A stretch of DNA of 57,956 bases, from positions 1 through 57,956 of the IMG/VR virus record IMGVR_UViG_3300038428_000087. The stretch is one strand, 5' to 3'. The DNA comes from a virus. Lineage: Duplodnaviria > Caudoviricetes. The notes under the pieces were generated by a model, which worked only from the letters and a program-made list of their open reading frames with translations, was not told the DNA's origin and did no database searches. Position numbers and translations under genes: made by a program. Below are positions 29,201-38,534 of this stretch, one piece after another (the stretch's first letter is position 1; each line of letters starts with the position of its first letter).

Positions 29201-30806
29201 GACGCAATTTGCAGCGAACCTCTATTATAGAGCGGCCTCGCCGCCATCCGCGATGACGGTATCAAACCAAAACACTCCCTGGCCAGCTCAAAATCCTGGG
29301 CCGGTTACGTATATGATCTCAGTAAACCCCGAAATGATAGACGCTGGCATGTTGCAGTACTTCGCAGGGTGCGGCTTTACCGTTTGTTTCTTGATATGCA
29401 ACAATCCCGACATGTACACAAACACGCTCTATCAAAAAGAATATGATATGATAACGTCAGTGGGCATGGTCCCGATGCTCGATGTTGAAAAGGTGGACCA
29501 ATACGGCACGGGAACTCCTAGCGCACCCGGGCCTAACTCTGGATCATGGTCAAACTGTCAGACTATGACACAGGTCGGATACTTTGGGACATGGTTCGCA
29601 AACCTCGCGGCGGTCGGGTGGCAGGGGGTCTCTTCTGAAATGGGCGCTGCTGGTGCTGTTGAGTTTTGTAGAAAGTATTTCCCCAATTATACAAACTACA
29701 CCCCGCCTGAGCCGTTTAGTTGGTATGCCCCCGGGCAGTACTACGAACAGGCAGTGGACACGTCAACGACACAAAACAGCATTGAGGCGTACTATAACTC
29801 AGACCCGCCTTACATCTACACCGCAGCACTCCAATCAGCGGAGCTAGGCATACCGATGGGCATACTAGGCTACGTCGGCGGTTCAACATGGAACTCGATT
29901 TATGTACAAAGCCTAAACGATGAAACACCAAGCTATCAGTCTCTTTTCGATTGGTCATACGCCAATGGAGTAGGTTTCAACACGTTCCAGGTGTGGATAG
30001 ACCCCGGTTCGTGGAATATTCTACTTTACGGTGAGCCCCACCAGTATTTCTTAAACGGTTATCGCGCTGCTGGATATGACACGATAGTAGCGCAATTACA
30101 AGAATCGTACCCGCCCGCTGGTACTGAAGTGCTCAATATCACACAATTAGCAACCGAGTTAACTTTATACATAAACGAAAACTCAGACGGCACATATACC
30201 ATATCAGGGCAGCTTTATGAGGTTCTTTCTGGCAATCCAATACCAAGCGCGCAGATATTCCTGCAACTCTCTACGAATACTACCACGAACGGACTCCTTA
30301 GTACACACTGGAATAATACAAACTTAGGCAACGCTAACCCGACAACCACCGATCAATCAGGTTCGTGGACTTCTACGCCTATCACACTGACAAGCGGGAC
30401 GTATTACTTCAGGGCGTATTACACAGGTACAATTACGTACTTAGGTTCGTATTCAGGGGACTATTACTTCGGATTAGGAGTAACGAAGGGCGGACCTCCG
30501 TCTAGCCTGACCATCACCGCAGATGACACAACCCCTGCTATTAATCAGGTGGTTAACTTCACGGCTACATTAACAGGTGGTGGAAACCCGATAGTAGGCG
30601 ACACAGTAACGATTTACCATTACATAGGCACAGGTGGAACCAAGTACATTGATGGCAGCGGGGTAACAGATGCAAACGGCGACTTCACCATACCTGCTTC
30701 CTTTACAACCGCAGGGCTACGCACCTACTATGCGACATTTAGTGGGGACGATAACTTTGCAGGAACAACCAGTGCGGTGCTTGATATTACAGTCACGGGT
30801 GCATAA
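26280..30806 (+). CDS. Giant distal tail (Dit-like) protein with N-terminal triplicated domain, Ig-like domains and a GH-like domain
   Basis: Follows the tape measure gene. Central MTFGGVD..IDFAC..P.AYS..ITNVTT..WPHLQPGLNEI..WRDRFL is Dit-like (about 27777-28559). Confidence 0.7.
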   Translation: MTVASYVGTFNTPTSTGNQTISLPAGFTPSAVIIWGVPLSSAGWSSVGDQFSIGFCAGAGGASQGYISIAGKGGADPSAEYRRYSASAAIGMVQYDGTLLYEATLYGLNSGDFILNWTTVSATSYEFNFLALTGVPAKVVHWTSNTSTGNQSITGAGFQPDCVIHIGDADAGHTANTTTSSVYSIGAMDASGNQWSKYGFAMSGVTTTSTGRIQLADSCIVDTGATTSVHTKASFVSMDADGFTIHWGTYSSGGARDYLSLCLNTGGGSLVGNWTKSTAAAPTTDTISVLTITPTAVLATTDSYPANTSEQSGHRIMVGASDGTNNLVAGATDKNGIVLSGSSKTVTHRYLNESYSLAGTNNDLGSYDSLGTIGSYATGSFQASWPTTNSNIATQICFVAFGNPRIVISRSIDVVPVLYPSTYISGFPSVIPASVSIAPEVDLSVTTQLSSVITRTITHATHVVPTVSKSIIYNVISRSVTITPHAHATTTQYPTTGIGMMTFGGVDITQPPYYAHLADATKYWWLDGFDSTQFTTSPLSTISTRPYLKDWVISTVIRPKVPDNKRTTMIAAMIALGEVFDPTKGEQQLSFGEYPASYFIAKRQKSNPSNENVTPTLLDLDIDFACTGPAYSVVESVIWATASGVETSYATFTSKGDTLASPRWRFYSVGYFNGTLTITNVTTDEAISWTGTLNVADTLEFIMDAEYGTPYTVFLNNEQSLSSFNGPAWPHLQPGLNEIELSASTPIHGILEARWRDRFLIGQQVAPTPSAASAVIPTILVLNGKDSTSPGSYVLSGTLKDVFGNPVVGATVTLASSTDTAHWNNLQTTTTNASGSYTFAATAVYTGLQEFRTMYIGGSEYLGSTSEMLHTYPPDQRIPVKLSLSMDASASPYYTFSGSLVLASNTKVPIPNAPIHLEVKVPASLYTNVPFTFDGQTNFTLANTDIHGKYSYTYYVGPTTNGISGSYTWNQYFTTQFAANLYYRAASPPSAMTVSNQNTPWPAQNPGPVTYMISVNPEMIDAGMLQYFAGCGFTVCFLICNNPDMYTNTLYQKEYDMITSVGMVPMLDVEKVDQYGTGTPSAPGPNSGSWSNCQTMTQVGYFGTWFANLAAVGWQGVSSEMGAAGAVEFCRKYFPNYTNYTPPEPFSWYAPGQYYEQAVDTSTTQNSIEAYYNSDPPYIYTAALQSAELGIPMGILGYVGGSTWNSIYVQSLNDETPSYQSLFDWSYANGVGFNTFQVWIDPGSWNILLYGEPHQYFLNGYRAAGYDTIVAQLQESYPPAGTEVLNITQLATELTLYINENSDGTYTISGQLYEVLSGNPIPSAQIFLQLSTNTTTNGLLSTHWNNTNLGNANPTTTDQSGSWTSTPITLTSGTYYFRAYYTGTITYLGSYSGDYYFGLGVTKGGPPSSLTITADDTTPAINQVVNFTATLTGGGNPIVGDTVTIYHYIGTGGTKYIDGSGVTDANGDFTIPASFTTAGLRTYYATFSGDDNFAGTTSAVLDITVTGA

Positions 30807-30809
30807 GAC

Positions 30810-31868
30810 ATGACAACACCCTCACTGCTAACGTTTACCATATCCAACCCAAACCCCGCCATTAATCAGAGCTTCGTATTTGGGGGGGCGTTAACTGACA
30901 ACGAAGGCAATCCAGAGTGGGGAAGCCGGGTTATTACCATTTACAAAATAGTATCGGGCAGTAATGATGTAATAGGCACAGTTAGCACAGACTCAAATTC
31001 AAGCACGTACCAGTTTCTATGGAGTGAGTCAAGTTATGGAAACTTCACTTATTATGCCTACTTTGCAGGTGATGATGTATACGGAGCTGCGACGAGCGAA
31101 ACGATCTTAGTATCAATACCAGAGCCAGTTGTAGTACAAACAACCCCATTAATTTCAGATTATACATTCGAGCTCCATAGGTGGAACTGGACTAATAAAA
31201 GCACCGATAACCCATTTGGTACTGCTGAATACCTGGGAACGCTCGATAAACGCACAGTTCCGTACCTCTCGCGTGAGCTTGGACTTGCTGATTCTTTAAC
31301 GTTTAACCTACCCTTAGACGACCCGAAATACTTGTGGTTTTTAGACAACCCGCCTGGAAACACGATCGGACTAGAAGTATGGTATTATGGGCGCGATAAG
31401 AACCTAAAACAAATCTTTGTTCCCGTTTCAGATGAACCATATAGAGATTACGGAGCGACTTCTACAGGCTCAGGATCGGGTTCGTTAGGATCAGGGAGTG
31501 GTGATTGGGCGTTAATAACGTGCGACGGGCCGGAATCATATCTGACTCGTTATATCACTCAGAATTATAAAGTATCTCAAAGACTCGTAAGCGACATTCT
31601 ATTAGATATTACAGCCGAAATAAGGAAAGACGGCTTGATTTATTGGTGTAACGTTGACCCGTCGCTTAATATGCTGATTGATATTGACCTCTCATGGGAA
31701 AACCTACAGACCGCCGTTGGCAATGTGATAACACAAGTCGGCGGGTATATGCAAGTTCAAATGGAGTACGGCAACCCACTACACCGTGACCTTAACCTGA
31801 TGCCAATTCCAGGACAACTACCACAACCAACTGACACAGGAACAACCTCGGCGGTGTTGCCACAATGA
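30810..31868 (+). CDS. Tail tip (Tal-like) protein, N-terminal half, with an N-terminal Ig-like domain
   Basis: RELGLADSLTFNLPLDDPK..ITCDG..L resembles the N-terminus of prophage tail-spike proteins. Confidence 0.6.
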   Translation: MTTPSLLTFTISNPNPAINQSFVFGGALTDNEGNPEWGSRVITIYKIVSGSNDVIGTVSTDSNSSTYQFLWSESSYGNFTYYAYFAGDDVYGAATSETILVSIPEPVVVQTTPLISDYTFELHRWNWTNKSTDNPFGTAEYLGTLDKRTVPYLSRELGLADSLTFNLPLDDPKYLWFLDNPPGNTIGLEVWYYGRDKNLKQIFVPVSDEPYRDYGATSTGSGSGSLGSGSGDWALITCDGPESYLTRYITQNYKVSQRLVSDILLDITAEIRKDGLIYWCNVDPSLNMLIDIDLSWENLQTAVGNVITQVGGYMQVQMEYGNPLHRDLNLMPIPGQLPQPTDTGTTSAVLPQ

Positions 31869-33634
31869 GCGTACAGCCTCCGATAATGACTATCGGCAAG
31901 AACCTGAGCGGTATTGATATGAAGCGGGACAAATCCCAACTCGTGACTAAACTTTATCCAAGAGGCTCAGGTTCCACGCCTAGCGAACTTTGTTTGAATA
32001 ACCCTGCGTATTGGCCATCCGCACAAGAGCTTGAGTTATATGAAACAGACAACGGTTGGGCGTACTTCCATCTTCCTAAGATAAATGGTCAGTATGAATA
32101 TCAGGTCTATGATGGATGGACGGCTGTTGGTGCCGCGTTACCGAAGAAAGGAGCCGTAACGAGCAATGGTACAACAATTACTGATAACTTTGCGGTTGGC
32201 AAAGGTCTGGCAATGCCTTACACATTGCCGTCAACGGGCACCGACACTGCTGTTGAGGAAGTTATGGGAACTTCTTCAATGGCCATGGCTCAAATATTTT
32301 ATATGAGTAACTTGGTTACAGGAAACTCTACGCAATTTAGAATTTATGATGTAGCACTTCAGCTCCAGAGAGTGACACACACCGCTGTAGCGTGGCCTCT
32401 ACAGCCACGATTTATTGTTGGGTTATATTCGACTACTCCATCGGTAGCCGCCAACGGCGCAGTCGGGTATAGGGTGCCGTATCAAGGGCCTCTAGTTTGG
32501 TGCTATGGTAACCTATTTTCAATTTCTACTACACCCACTTGGTATCATTTTCCAATGCAGACCTCTGCATTTCCGTCTGGGTACTATGCTATTGTTATTA
32601 CTCCGTATGCCGGAACAGCATCTTGGGACAAAGTTAACCCCTCCCCCCAACATGTTAACGATGGCCTAGCGTTCGGTATTGGTCCCGCGAAAACATCTAA
32701 AACTGCTAGCTGTTATGCAGCCCAAAGTAGGGCAGGCATCACACAAGTATCGTGGTTACTTAACACTGCTGGGGGTCCTTATGCATCCCAATATGCTTTT
32801 CAAATTAGAACCATTGCAACCGACTTAACATCTAAATTCCAGCAGAGCGACGTGGTACACCCCGGAAGGCAGATAAAATGCCCACTCGCAGATTATGATT
32901 CAAGCGCACCTTACATTTTCCACTTCCAACACGCGCCGTATATGCAGGCGTGGGATGCCTATGATTCATATGGAAAATTTGAAGGGACGTTTAAAGACGA
33001 CGCATTAACGACGCAAAACGCTCTAATAAACGCGGGGGCACAGTATTTAACCGCAAACAGCCAACCGATGTACACGGTTAGCTTATCCGCTGCGGATCTC
33101 TACGATTTAGACCCAGTAAAGAATTGGGCGGAAGAGCTTACAATCGGCGGGGCGGTTACGGTGATTGACGATAGGATTCTTGATAACTACGGCAACCCTT
33201 TACAACTAACCGCGATAATCACTAAGATAGAGAAACAGGATTTAACACAGCCGCATACGTTAGATACGCTGACTTTAGATAATGTCCACCTCTCTGCACA
33301 TAAGATGATGGCGCAGTTGGGAAAGGCGTCGCAGCGAGGTCCTAAGTATTTACAAGGGCAAACCGTTGAAACGCCCTACCCCGGAGCAGTTGCAGCGACT
33401 TCTACTTCTCCAGGAACCATGAAGTTTTCGATCCGGGCGGGAACAACACTAACACAAGCGGTACGATTAACAGTTGATACACCGAGCGCGTTTACCCTAA
33501 AAGTCGATGGAACGGCGCTGGGGCAGACATTCTCAGGGTACTACAACGTTGATATTATGCAATACCTCACACAAAGCCACACCGGGCAACCTACACCCGG
33601 TGAGCACACCGTAGAAGTCTTGCCGACGTCATAA
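31865..33634 (+). CDS. Tail tip (Tal-like) protein, C-terminal half
   Basis: Begins GKNL.GI..RD.SQLVTKLYPRG; also YTVS..ADL..L.IG..V.VID and IITKIEK.DL. Confidence 0.7.
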   Translation: MSVQPPIMTIGKNLSGIDMKRDKSQLVTKLYPRGSGSTPSELCLNNPAYWPSAQELELYETDNGWAYFHLPKINGQYEYQVYDGWTAVGAALPKKGAVTSNGTTITDNFAVGKGLAMPYTLPSTGTDTAVEEVMGTSSMAMAQIFYMSNLVTGNSTQFRIYDVALQLQRVTHTAVAWPLQPRFIVGLYSTTPSVAANGAVGYRVPYQGPLVWCYGNLFSISTTPTWYHFPMQTSAFPSGYYAIVITPYAGTASWDKVNPSPQHVNDGLAFGIGPAKTSKTASCYAAQSRAGITQVSWLLNTAGGPYASQYAFQIRTIATDLTSKFQQSDVVHPGRQIKCPLADYDSSAPYIFHFQHAPYMQAWDAYDSYGKFEGTFKDDALTTQNALINAGAQYLTANSQPMYTVSLSAADLYDLDPVKNWAEELTIGGAVTVIDDRILDNYGNPLQLTAIITKIEKQDLTQPHTLDTLTLDNVHLSAHKMMAQLGKASQRGPKYLQGQTVETPYPGAVAATSTSPGTMKFSIRAGTTLTQAVRLTVDTPSAFTLKVDGTALGQTFSGYYNVDIMQYLTQSHTGQPTPGEHTVEVLPTS

Positions 33635-33647
33635 ATTGGGGGGCAGT

Positions 33648-34466
33648 ATGGCAAGCAAAGTATTTCAGCTATGTGCGGAATCATTCAGCAGCCCATCAGC
33701 TTTAAAGAGCGCAGGATTTATTGACCTCGTAGTCGAAGGGGGTTCCGGCTGTGTACAACCACCCGGCGGTTTTATATCTGCATGTCACTCGGCGGGTATG
33801 GGCGCACTTCTCCAAAACAGCGATTCAGGTTCAGGCGGCTGCAGCGATACTTCGTATCTTTCTGGATTGGCTAGTGCTGGCCTTGACGCAGTTGGCGGTG
33901 AGTCTGAAGGCGCTGCTGAAATAGACGCCATAATGGAATACCTTCCTTTTATGAACTATGGGGGAAGTGGGACAGGTGGTGGGACGTATGGTAATAATGA
34001 TGTATGGGCAAGTGGTGCGAAAGTTGGTAAATTCGGATGCTCAACATTCATGGAACCGTATGTTGGCAGCAGTCCGATGAGTGCCGATGAGATTGCATCA
34101 GAAGCCGCGATAAATAAAGATGCCGGGTGTTTTGAGGTTGGAATATTGGTAACTAATTATGATATCGGTCAAACGACAGACATGATGATCGGCTATGTTG
34201 ACGCAGCGGCGGATCAAGGCGTTACCATAGTAGGGTTCCAACAATGGTACGTGCTGGGCGATGGGTCTGGGTGGTCTGGGAATCCGGGGGGCAGTGTGAT
34301 AAGTGGGTTAATGAGTGAGTACGGTACGAATATGACTAATTTCTCCGACCGAAGGGGTGGAGTAACGCCAACACCTACACCCACTCCGACACCTACACCA
34401 GTAGGAACAGCACCCAACACAAACCTGTGCGTCAGAGTACGAGCGTACCAACCGGGGCAAGAATAG
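33648..34466 (+). CDS. Putative GH-like payload protein with PT linker and C-terminal tag
   Basis: Paralogue of 56048 (shared EAAINKDAGCFEVG); ends (PT)n-VGTAPNTNLCVRVRAYQPGQE. Confidence 0.7.
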   Translation: MASKVFQLCAESFSSPSALKSAGFIDLVVEGGSGCVQPPGGFISACHSAGMGALLQNSDSGSGGCSDTSYLSGLASAGLDAVGGESEGAAEIDAIMEYLPFMNYGGSGTGGGTYGNNDVWASGAKVGKFGCSTFMEPYVGSSPMSADEIASEAAINKDAGCFEVGILVTNYDIGQTTDMMIGYVDAAADQGVTIVGFQQWYVLGDGSGWSGNPGGSVISGLMSEYGTNMTNFSDRRGGVTPTPTPTPTPTPVGTAPNTNLCVRVRAYQPGQE

Positions 34467-36461
34467 ATGCCAATAGACCTTAGCAACTGGAAAGGCACGC
34501 GGGGCGCATTACCGAGCCCGTATGATCCGAGCGACCCCGTATTTCCCAATATCACCGCTGAACAGGCTGCGGCTCTGCCATCGTCAGTAGATCTCCGGCA
34601 CTATGACTCTCCAATCCGAAACCAAGATGGAGTGGGGTGCTGCGTGGCAGCAGCGTCGTGTGGCGTATTTGAATGGCTGGTACGTTATCTAGAACCGTCG
34701 GCGTGGTTTAAGACCAGCATGCTTGCTATTTATTATTGGGCTCGGGCGCTTGACGGCATGCAGAACACAGACGGCGGTACATATCCAAAATCAGCGATTG
34801 TAGCTATGACTAATACCGGGATGGCGCACGACTCGTTATGGCCGTTTGGGTCAGAAGTAAACTGCAACTCAGGCGTTGCGTATCCTAAACCTACGAATGT
34901 TAACACGGCACCCACTTCTGCTGTTACCACTGACGCAGCTAAGAATAAAGTAACGAAAAGCGTTAGCGTGGCGACGGGAACAACGATAGCAGGCAGCGGG
35001 GATAGTGTAATTACTGTGATGGGGCTAGACGATGCAAAAAACGCGATTGCTTCTGGCTACCCTGTCATGTTTATACTTTGTGCAGATGAATATGATGGCC
35101 TTATGAACACATCTATTAAATCAGGACAATCGTATGGGTTGATTCCAAACTTATCAGACTGGACAAAATCACCAGACCACGGGCAGATTGTAATGGGCTA
35201 CGATGATTCGATCACGAACCTTGATAGCTCAACAGGCGCGTTTATCGTAAAAAACTCGTGGTCTACTATGTGGGGCGATTGTGTATCCGGAGACACAAAA
35301 ATCCCGCTACTATCTGGAAAAGATGTACCCATCAGGTCTCTATTAAACGCTGCGCCGTTCTGGGTCTACGCGTATGATACTGACCGAAAGAAGATAGTCC
35401 CAGCGCAAGCGACCGCATGCAAACGTGCACATAAAAACGTTCCGACTGTAACCGTGTATCTCGACAACGATGAACATATCACATGCACGCCGGATCATCC
35501 TTTTTTGTTGCGAGACGGGACATATAAAAAAGCGGAAAAACTCAACGAGGGGGATTCTCTTATGCCGTTCTATCGTTCTTATGACAAAGACGGCTATACA
35601 AAAATCGCGTGTAACAGTACCTTCTCATGGGTACGCGCACACTGGATGATAGCCCGTGAGATGCGGATGTTTGAGGAACACAAAGGACGTGCAGTTATCC
35701 ACCATATTAATTTTGATAAAACAGATAACACACCAGAAAACCTTTTGGTAATGTCGCCAGAAGCACATTCAAGTTACCACTCACAACTCAAAGATAATAC
35801 ACCGATACTAGAAGCTTGGAACCGGAATTATGACAAATTGGTGAAAAATTCTATTAAAAACATCACCGGATATAACGAGCGCCTTAAAAACGGCGAAGTA
35901 GAGATTACAGAGCGGCAGCGGGAAGCGCGACGGAGAAATGCTATCACCCTAAACAAGAGTGGTACTCCAGAAGAAAGAAGTGAAAAAGCCGAACGTGCAG
36001 CGGTCACTAGGAAAAAGAGGGGGCCCGCTGCGTATGCTGGATGCGGGGTATACGAAAGAACTGAAGCACAGTCGAAACAAGCACGTGAAATGTGCTCGAA
36101 ACTTGCAGAGTATAGATGGTACAAAAATGCGGAGTCTGAACCACTATCATATAATGAGTGGGCCGCGACGTATAATCATAAAGTCTTGAAAGTAGAACGT
36201 CACGAGCGAATAGACACCTATGATATATGTGTGCCACGTTACCGCAACTTTGCTACTTCTGCGGGAGTATTCATACATAATTCCGGATACGGCTACCTTC
36301 CGTACGCGTACGCGAACAACAGTGCGATGTACGACGGGTGGATTATCACCGGAGAATCTGAGATCGTTGTACCGACACCTACACCTACGCCTGGTGGCGG
36401 GGGAGCTCCGAATGTAAACATCAACGTAGAGATACGAACCTATCAACCGGGGAATGAATAA
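34467..36461 (+). CDS. Papain-like C1 peptidase interrupted by an intein, with C-terminal tag
   Basis: LPSSVDLR, NQDGVGCC, DHGQ, KNSW..WGD|intein|SGYGYLPY; ends APNVNINVEIRTYQPGNE. Confidence 0.88.
   Translation: MPIDLSNWKGTRGALPSPYDPSDPVFPNITAEQAAALPSSVDLRHYDSPIRNQDGVGCCVAAASCGVFEWLVRYLEPSAWFKTSMLAIYYWARALDGMQNTDGGTYPKSAIVAMTNTGMAHDSLWPFGSEVNCNSGVAYPKPTNVNTAPTSAVTTDAAKNKVTKSVSVATGTTIAGSGDSVITVMGLDDAKNAIASGYPVMFILCADEYDGLMNTSIKSGQSYGLIPNLSDWTKSPDHGQIVMGYDDSITNLDSSTGAFIVKNSWSTMWGDCVSGDTKIPLLSGKDVPIRSLLNAAPFWVYAYDTDRKKIVPAQATACKRAHKNVPTVTVYLDNDEHITCTPDHPFLLRDGTYKKAEKLNEGDSLMPFYRSYDKDGYTKIACNSTFSWVRAHWMIAREMRMFEEHKGRAVIHHINFDKTDNTPENLLVMSPEAHSSYHSQLKDNTPILEAWNRNYDKLVKNSIKNITGYNERLKNGEVEITERQREARRRNAITLNKSGTPEERSEKAERAAVTRKKRGPAAYAGCGVYERTEAQSKQAREMCSKLAEYRWYKNAESEPLSYNEWAATYNHKVLKVERHERIDTYDICVPRYRNFATSAGVFIHNSGYGYLPYAYANNSAMYDGWIITGESEIVVPTPTPTPGGGGAPNVNINVEIRTYQPGNE
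35280..36281 (+). mobile_element. Intein (334 aa) with an HNH-type homing endonuclease domain
   Basis: Block A CVSGDTKI, block B TCTPDHPF, block F TYDICV, block G FIHN followed by Ser; internal HHINFDKTDN.PENL..H. Confidence 0.92.
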
Positions 36462-37384
36462 TGATCGGGGGACCAAGACCACCACCTGAGCAGGGCGGAG
36501 TGGGGGCTTCATCACAGTATCTAATCTACAAGTTTGCTCAAGACTCAACAACTATCACCAACTCGGGTAGTGGTGGAGACACATATAATGGAACGGCAGC
36601 ACGCGCTCAGTACCAAAAAGATTCTGTTGGGTATCCTATATGGGGACCCATGAACGCAAATACAGACGGGATACGGGTAGCGGGTGGAATTAATAACCCG
36701 TACCAGCACACATGGCAGGTTGGGCTTAATATAAACCAGTGGTGGCCCGGTCGCGGTCTAGGTTCGGATGGGTATCAGGATGGAAACGATGGGAAGTTAT
36801 TAGCTGCTGGGGGAAACCAATTCTATATGTATTTTCATGGTGTATCTGATGGCGTCCTCGGCGGCCCAAACTGTGCGCCCGCGACAGCAGGCACCTACAA
36901 TTTCACTGTCGAAGGCACTGGCATGAGCGGGGGTAACGATGCTGTTCAGTTGTGGCTTGGTGTAGAAGATGCAAAACCTGTTCAAATATCATGTTCAGGC
37001 CCAAACCCTGATGGCGCAAGGTTATATTGGGTGTTCGACTACAGCTTCCAGCTACATACCAACTATTATCTTCAGATTACAGTAAACAGCAGTGGAGTTG
37101 ACCTTTCTGCAGGATATTCTCTAAGTAACTGTATTGATACTGGTTCGCCGTGTTCGGACTCGTGTATAACTGGCTTTCCATCGGGCTGCTATTTTTATGT
37201 GTGGCGAGAGGATAACACAGTCTTAGATTTATCCAGTGGTGGTAACTGGGCTGATGATGTCGTTTTATGGAAAGGCGGGGGCCCTGGACCTAGCCCTACA
37301 CCAGGACCGACACCCACACCAGGCACAGCACCGAACGTAAACATGAACGTGAGTGTGAGAGAATGGCAACCAGGGAACGAATAA
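36461..37384 (+). CDS. Gly-rich beta-domain payload protein with C-terminal tag
   Basis: Ends (PT)n-GTAPNVNMNVSVREWQPGNE, the same tag as the two upstream genes. Confidence 0.7.
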   Translation: MIGGPRPPPEQGGVGASSQYLIYKFAQDSTTITNSGSGGDTYNGTAARAQYQKDSVGYPIWGPMNANTDGIRVAGGINNPYQHTWQVGLNINQWWPGRGLGSDGYQDGNDGKLLAAGGNQFYMYFHGVSDGVLGGPNCAPATAGTYNFTVEGTGMSGGNDAVQLWLGVEDAKPVQISCSGPNPDGARLYWVFDYSFQLHTNYYLQITVNSSGVDLSAGYSLSNCIDTGSPCSDSCITGFPSGCYFYVWREDNTVLDLSSGGNWADDVVLWKGGGPGPSPTPGPTPTPGTAPNVNMNVSVREWQPGNE

Positions 37385-37407
37385 AAAAGGGAGTTGAACA
37401 GTGAAAA

Positions 37408-37929
37408 ATGCCACAAGAAGAGATAACAAAACGCCTTGATGTTCATAGAGAAGAACTTACAGATCTGGAAAAATGTGTTAAAGAGTGTCAGATAAGCAAC
37501 GCTCAACACGATGAACGGATTAAAGCTGGCGAGGAGTACCGGAAAAAGCAAAACGGCATACTCGAATCACTGGAGCATGGAATACACCATATAGGGAAAC
37601 AAGTTGATGTGTTAAGTCTTAGTATGGCTAATAGGTTTGGCGAGATGGAACGGGGGGCAATAACACGTGAAACAGAACGCGATAGGTCAATAGCAGCGTC
37701 GCTCATCCTTGCAGATGCAAAGGTAGCAAAAGCCCTCCTCGAAGCAGACGAAAAGATTACGGAGGCTAAGGAGAAAGCCGATGATGATATTAATAAACTG
37801 CGCGTCGAGGTTCTAAATCGAAGAATCTTTCTTAACTGGAAGATCATCGGAGCCGTGTCATCCATCACATTTCTTTTCATACTCGTTTTTATCTCATATT
37901 CATTTCACGTTTTTGGGGGGCTTCCTTAA
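37408..37929 (+). CDS. Coiled-coil protein with C-terminal transmembrane helix (possible lysis gene)
   Basis: Heptad-rich region then a hydrophobic helix; follows the tail module. Confidence 0.55.
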   Translation: MPQEEITKRLDVHREELTDLEKCVKECQISNAQHDERIKAGEEYRKKQNGILESLEHGIHHIGKQVDVLSLSMANRFGEMERGAITRETERDRSIAASLILADAKVAKALLEADEKITEAKEKADDDINKLRVEVLNRRIFLNWKIIGAVSSITFLFILVFISYSFHVFGGLP

Positions 37930-37930
37930 T

Positions 37931-38185
37931 ATGGATGAGGACATAAACAAAATAAGAGACATAGCTCAAGAGGCCCATGACTGGTGTCTGATTGATAAAC
38001 AAAGGTTAGATACCATCGAAGACCACTTAGATAAACAGGACGCGAACGATGTAGTTATTCGAGATGAGCTGCTTAAAAAAATTGACGAGAACAAATCAAA
38101 GTTCAATGACGCAATGTGGGCTATCGCTATGCTTATTATCGGTGGACTTGTAGCAGGATTCGTTTATGCACTCATTTTGAGATAA
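37931..38185 (+). CDS. Small coiled-coil plus transmembrane protein (XhlA/holin-like)
   Basis: RLDTIED.. then a C-terminal hydrophobic helix. Confidence 0.5.
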   Translation: MDEDINKIRDIAQEAHDWCLIDKQRLDTIEDHLDKQDANDVVIRDELLKKIDENKSKFNDAMWAIAMLIIGGLVAGFVYALILR

Positions 38186-38204
38186 AACCTAAAGGAGGTG
38201 AAAC

Positions 38205-38534
38205 ATGACAACCTATACAGCAGCAACAAGCAACCTGGTTAACGTAGATGTCGTTGTTCCGTCAGTGGTTACGCAGCTCACCGCAGTTGCAAGCGTATCA
38301 ACGGCAAACGTAAATGAAGTATTTGAGGTTTCAGGCGTGCTCACGGCAGCCGACGGTTCTATACCAGTGAACCAGACTATTCAGTTGCAGATGCAGCAAA
38401 CGGATGGAACCTTTGCAGACGTAAGTGGTGCAACTGGCGCAACCGACGAGACCGGGGCATACACGATTCCGGTATCTGAGATAACCGCAGCCGTGTATGG
38501 ATTCCAAACTACCTACGCCGGAGGTTCAGCATGA
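38205..38534 (+). CDS. Circularly permuted Ig-like domain protein
   Basis: Strong GGAGGTG RBS; begins with the strand YTAATSNLVNVDV and ends at FQTTYAGGSA. Confidence 0.75.
   Translation: MTTYTAATSNLVNVDVVVPSVVTQLTAVASVSTANVNEVFEVSGVLTAADGSIPVNQTIQLQMQQTDGTFADVSGATGATDETGAYTIPVSEITAAVYGFQTTYAGGSA

Noticed and set aside
34360-37384. Invertase/shufflon-type swapping of the three tagged genes
   Set aside because: All three are on the same strand, the tag DNA is diverged rather than identical, and no recombinase was found.
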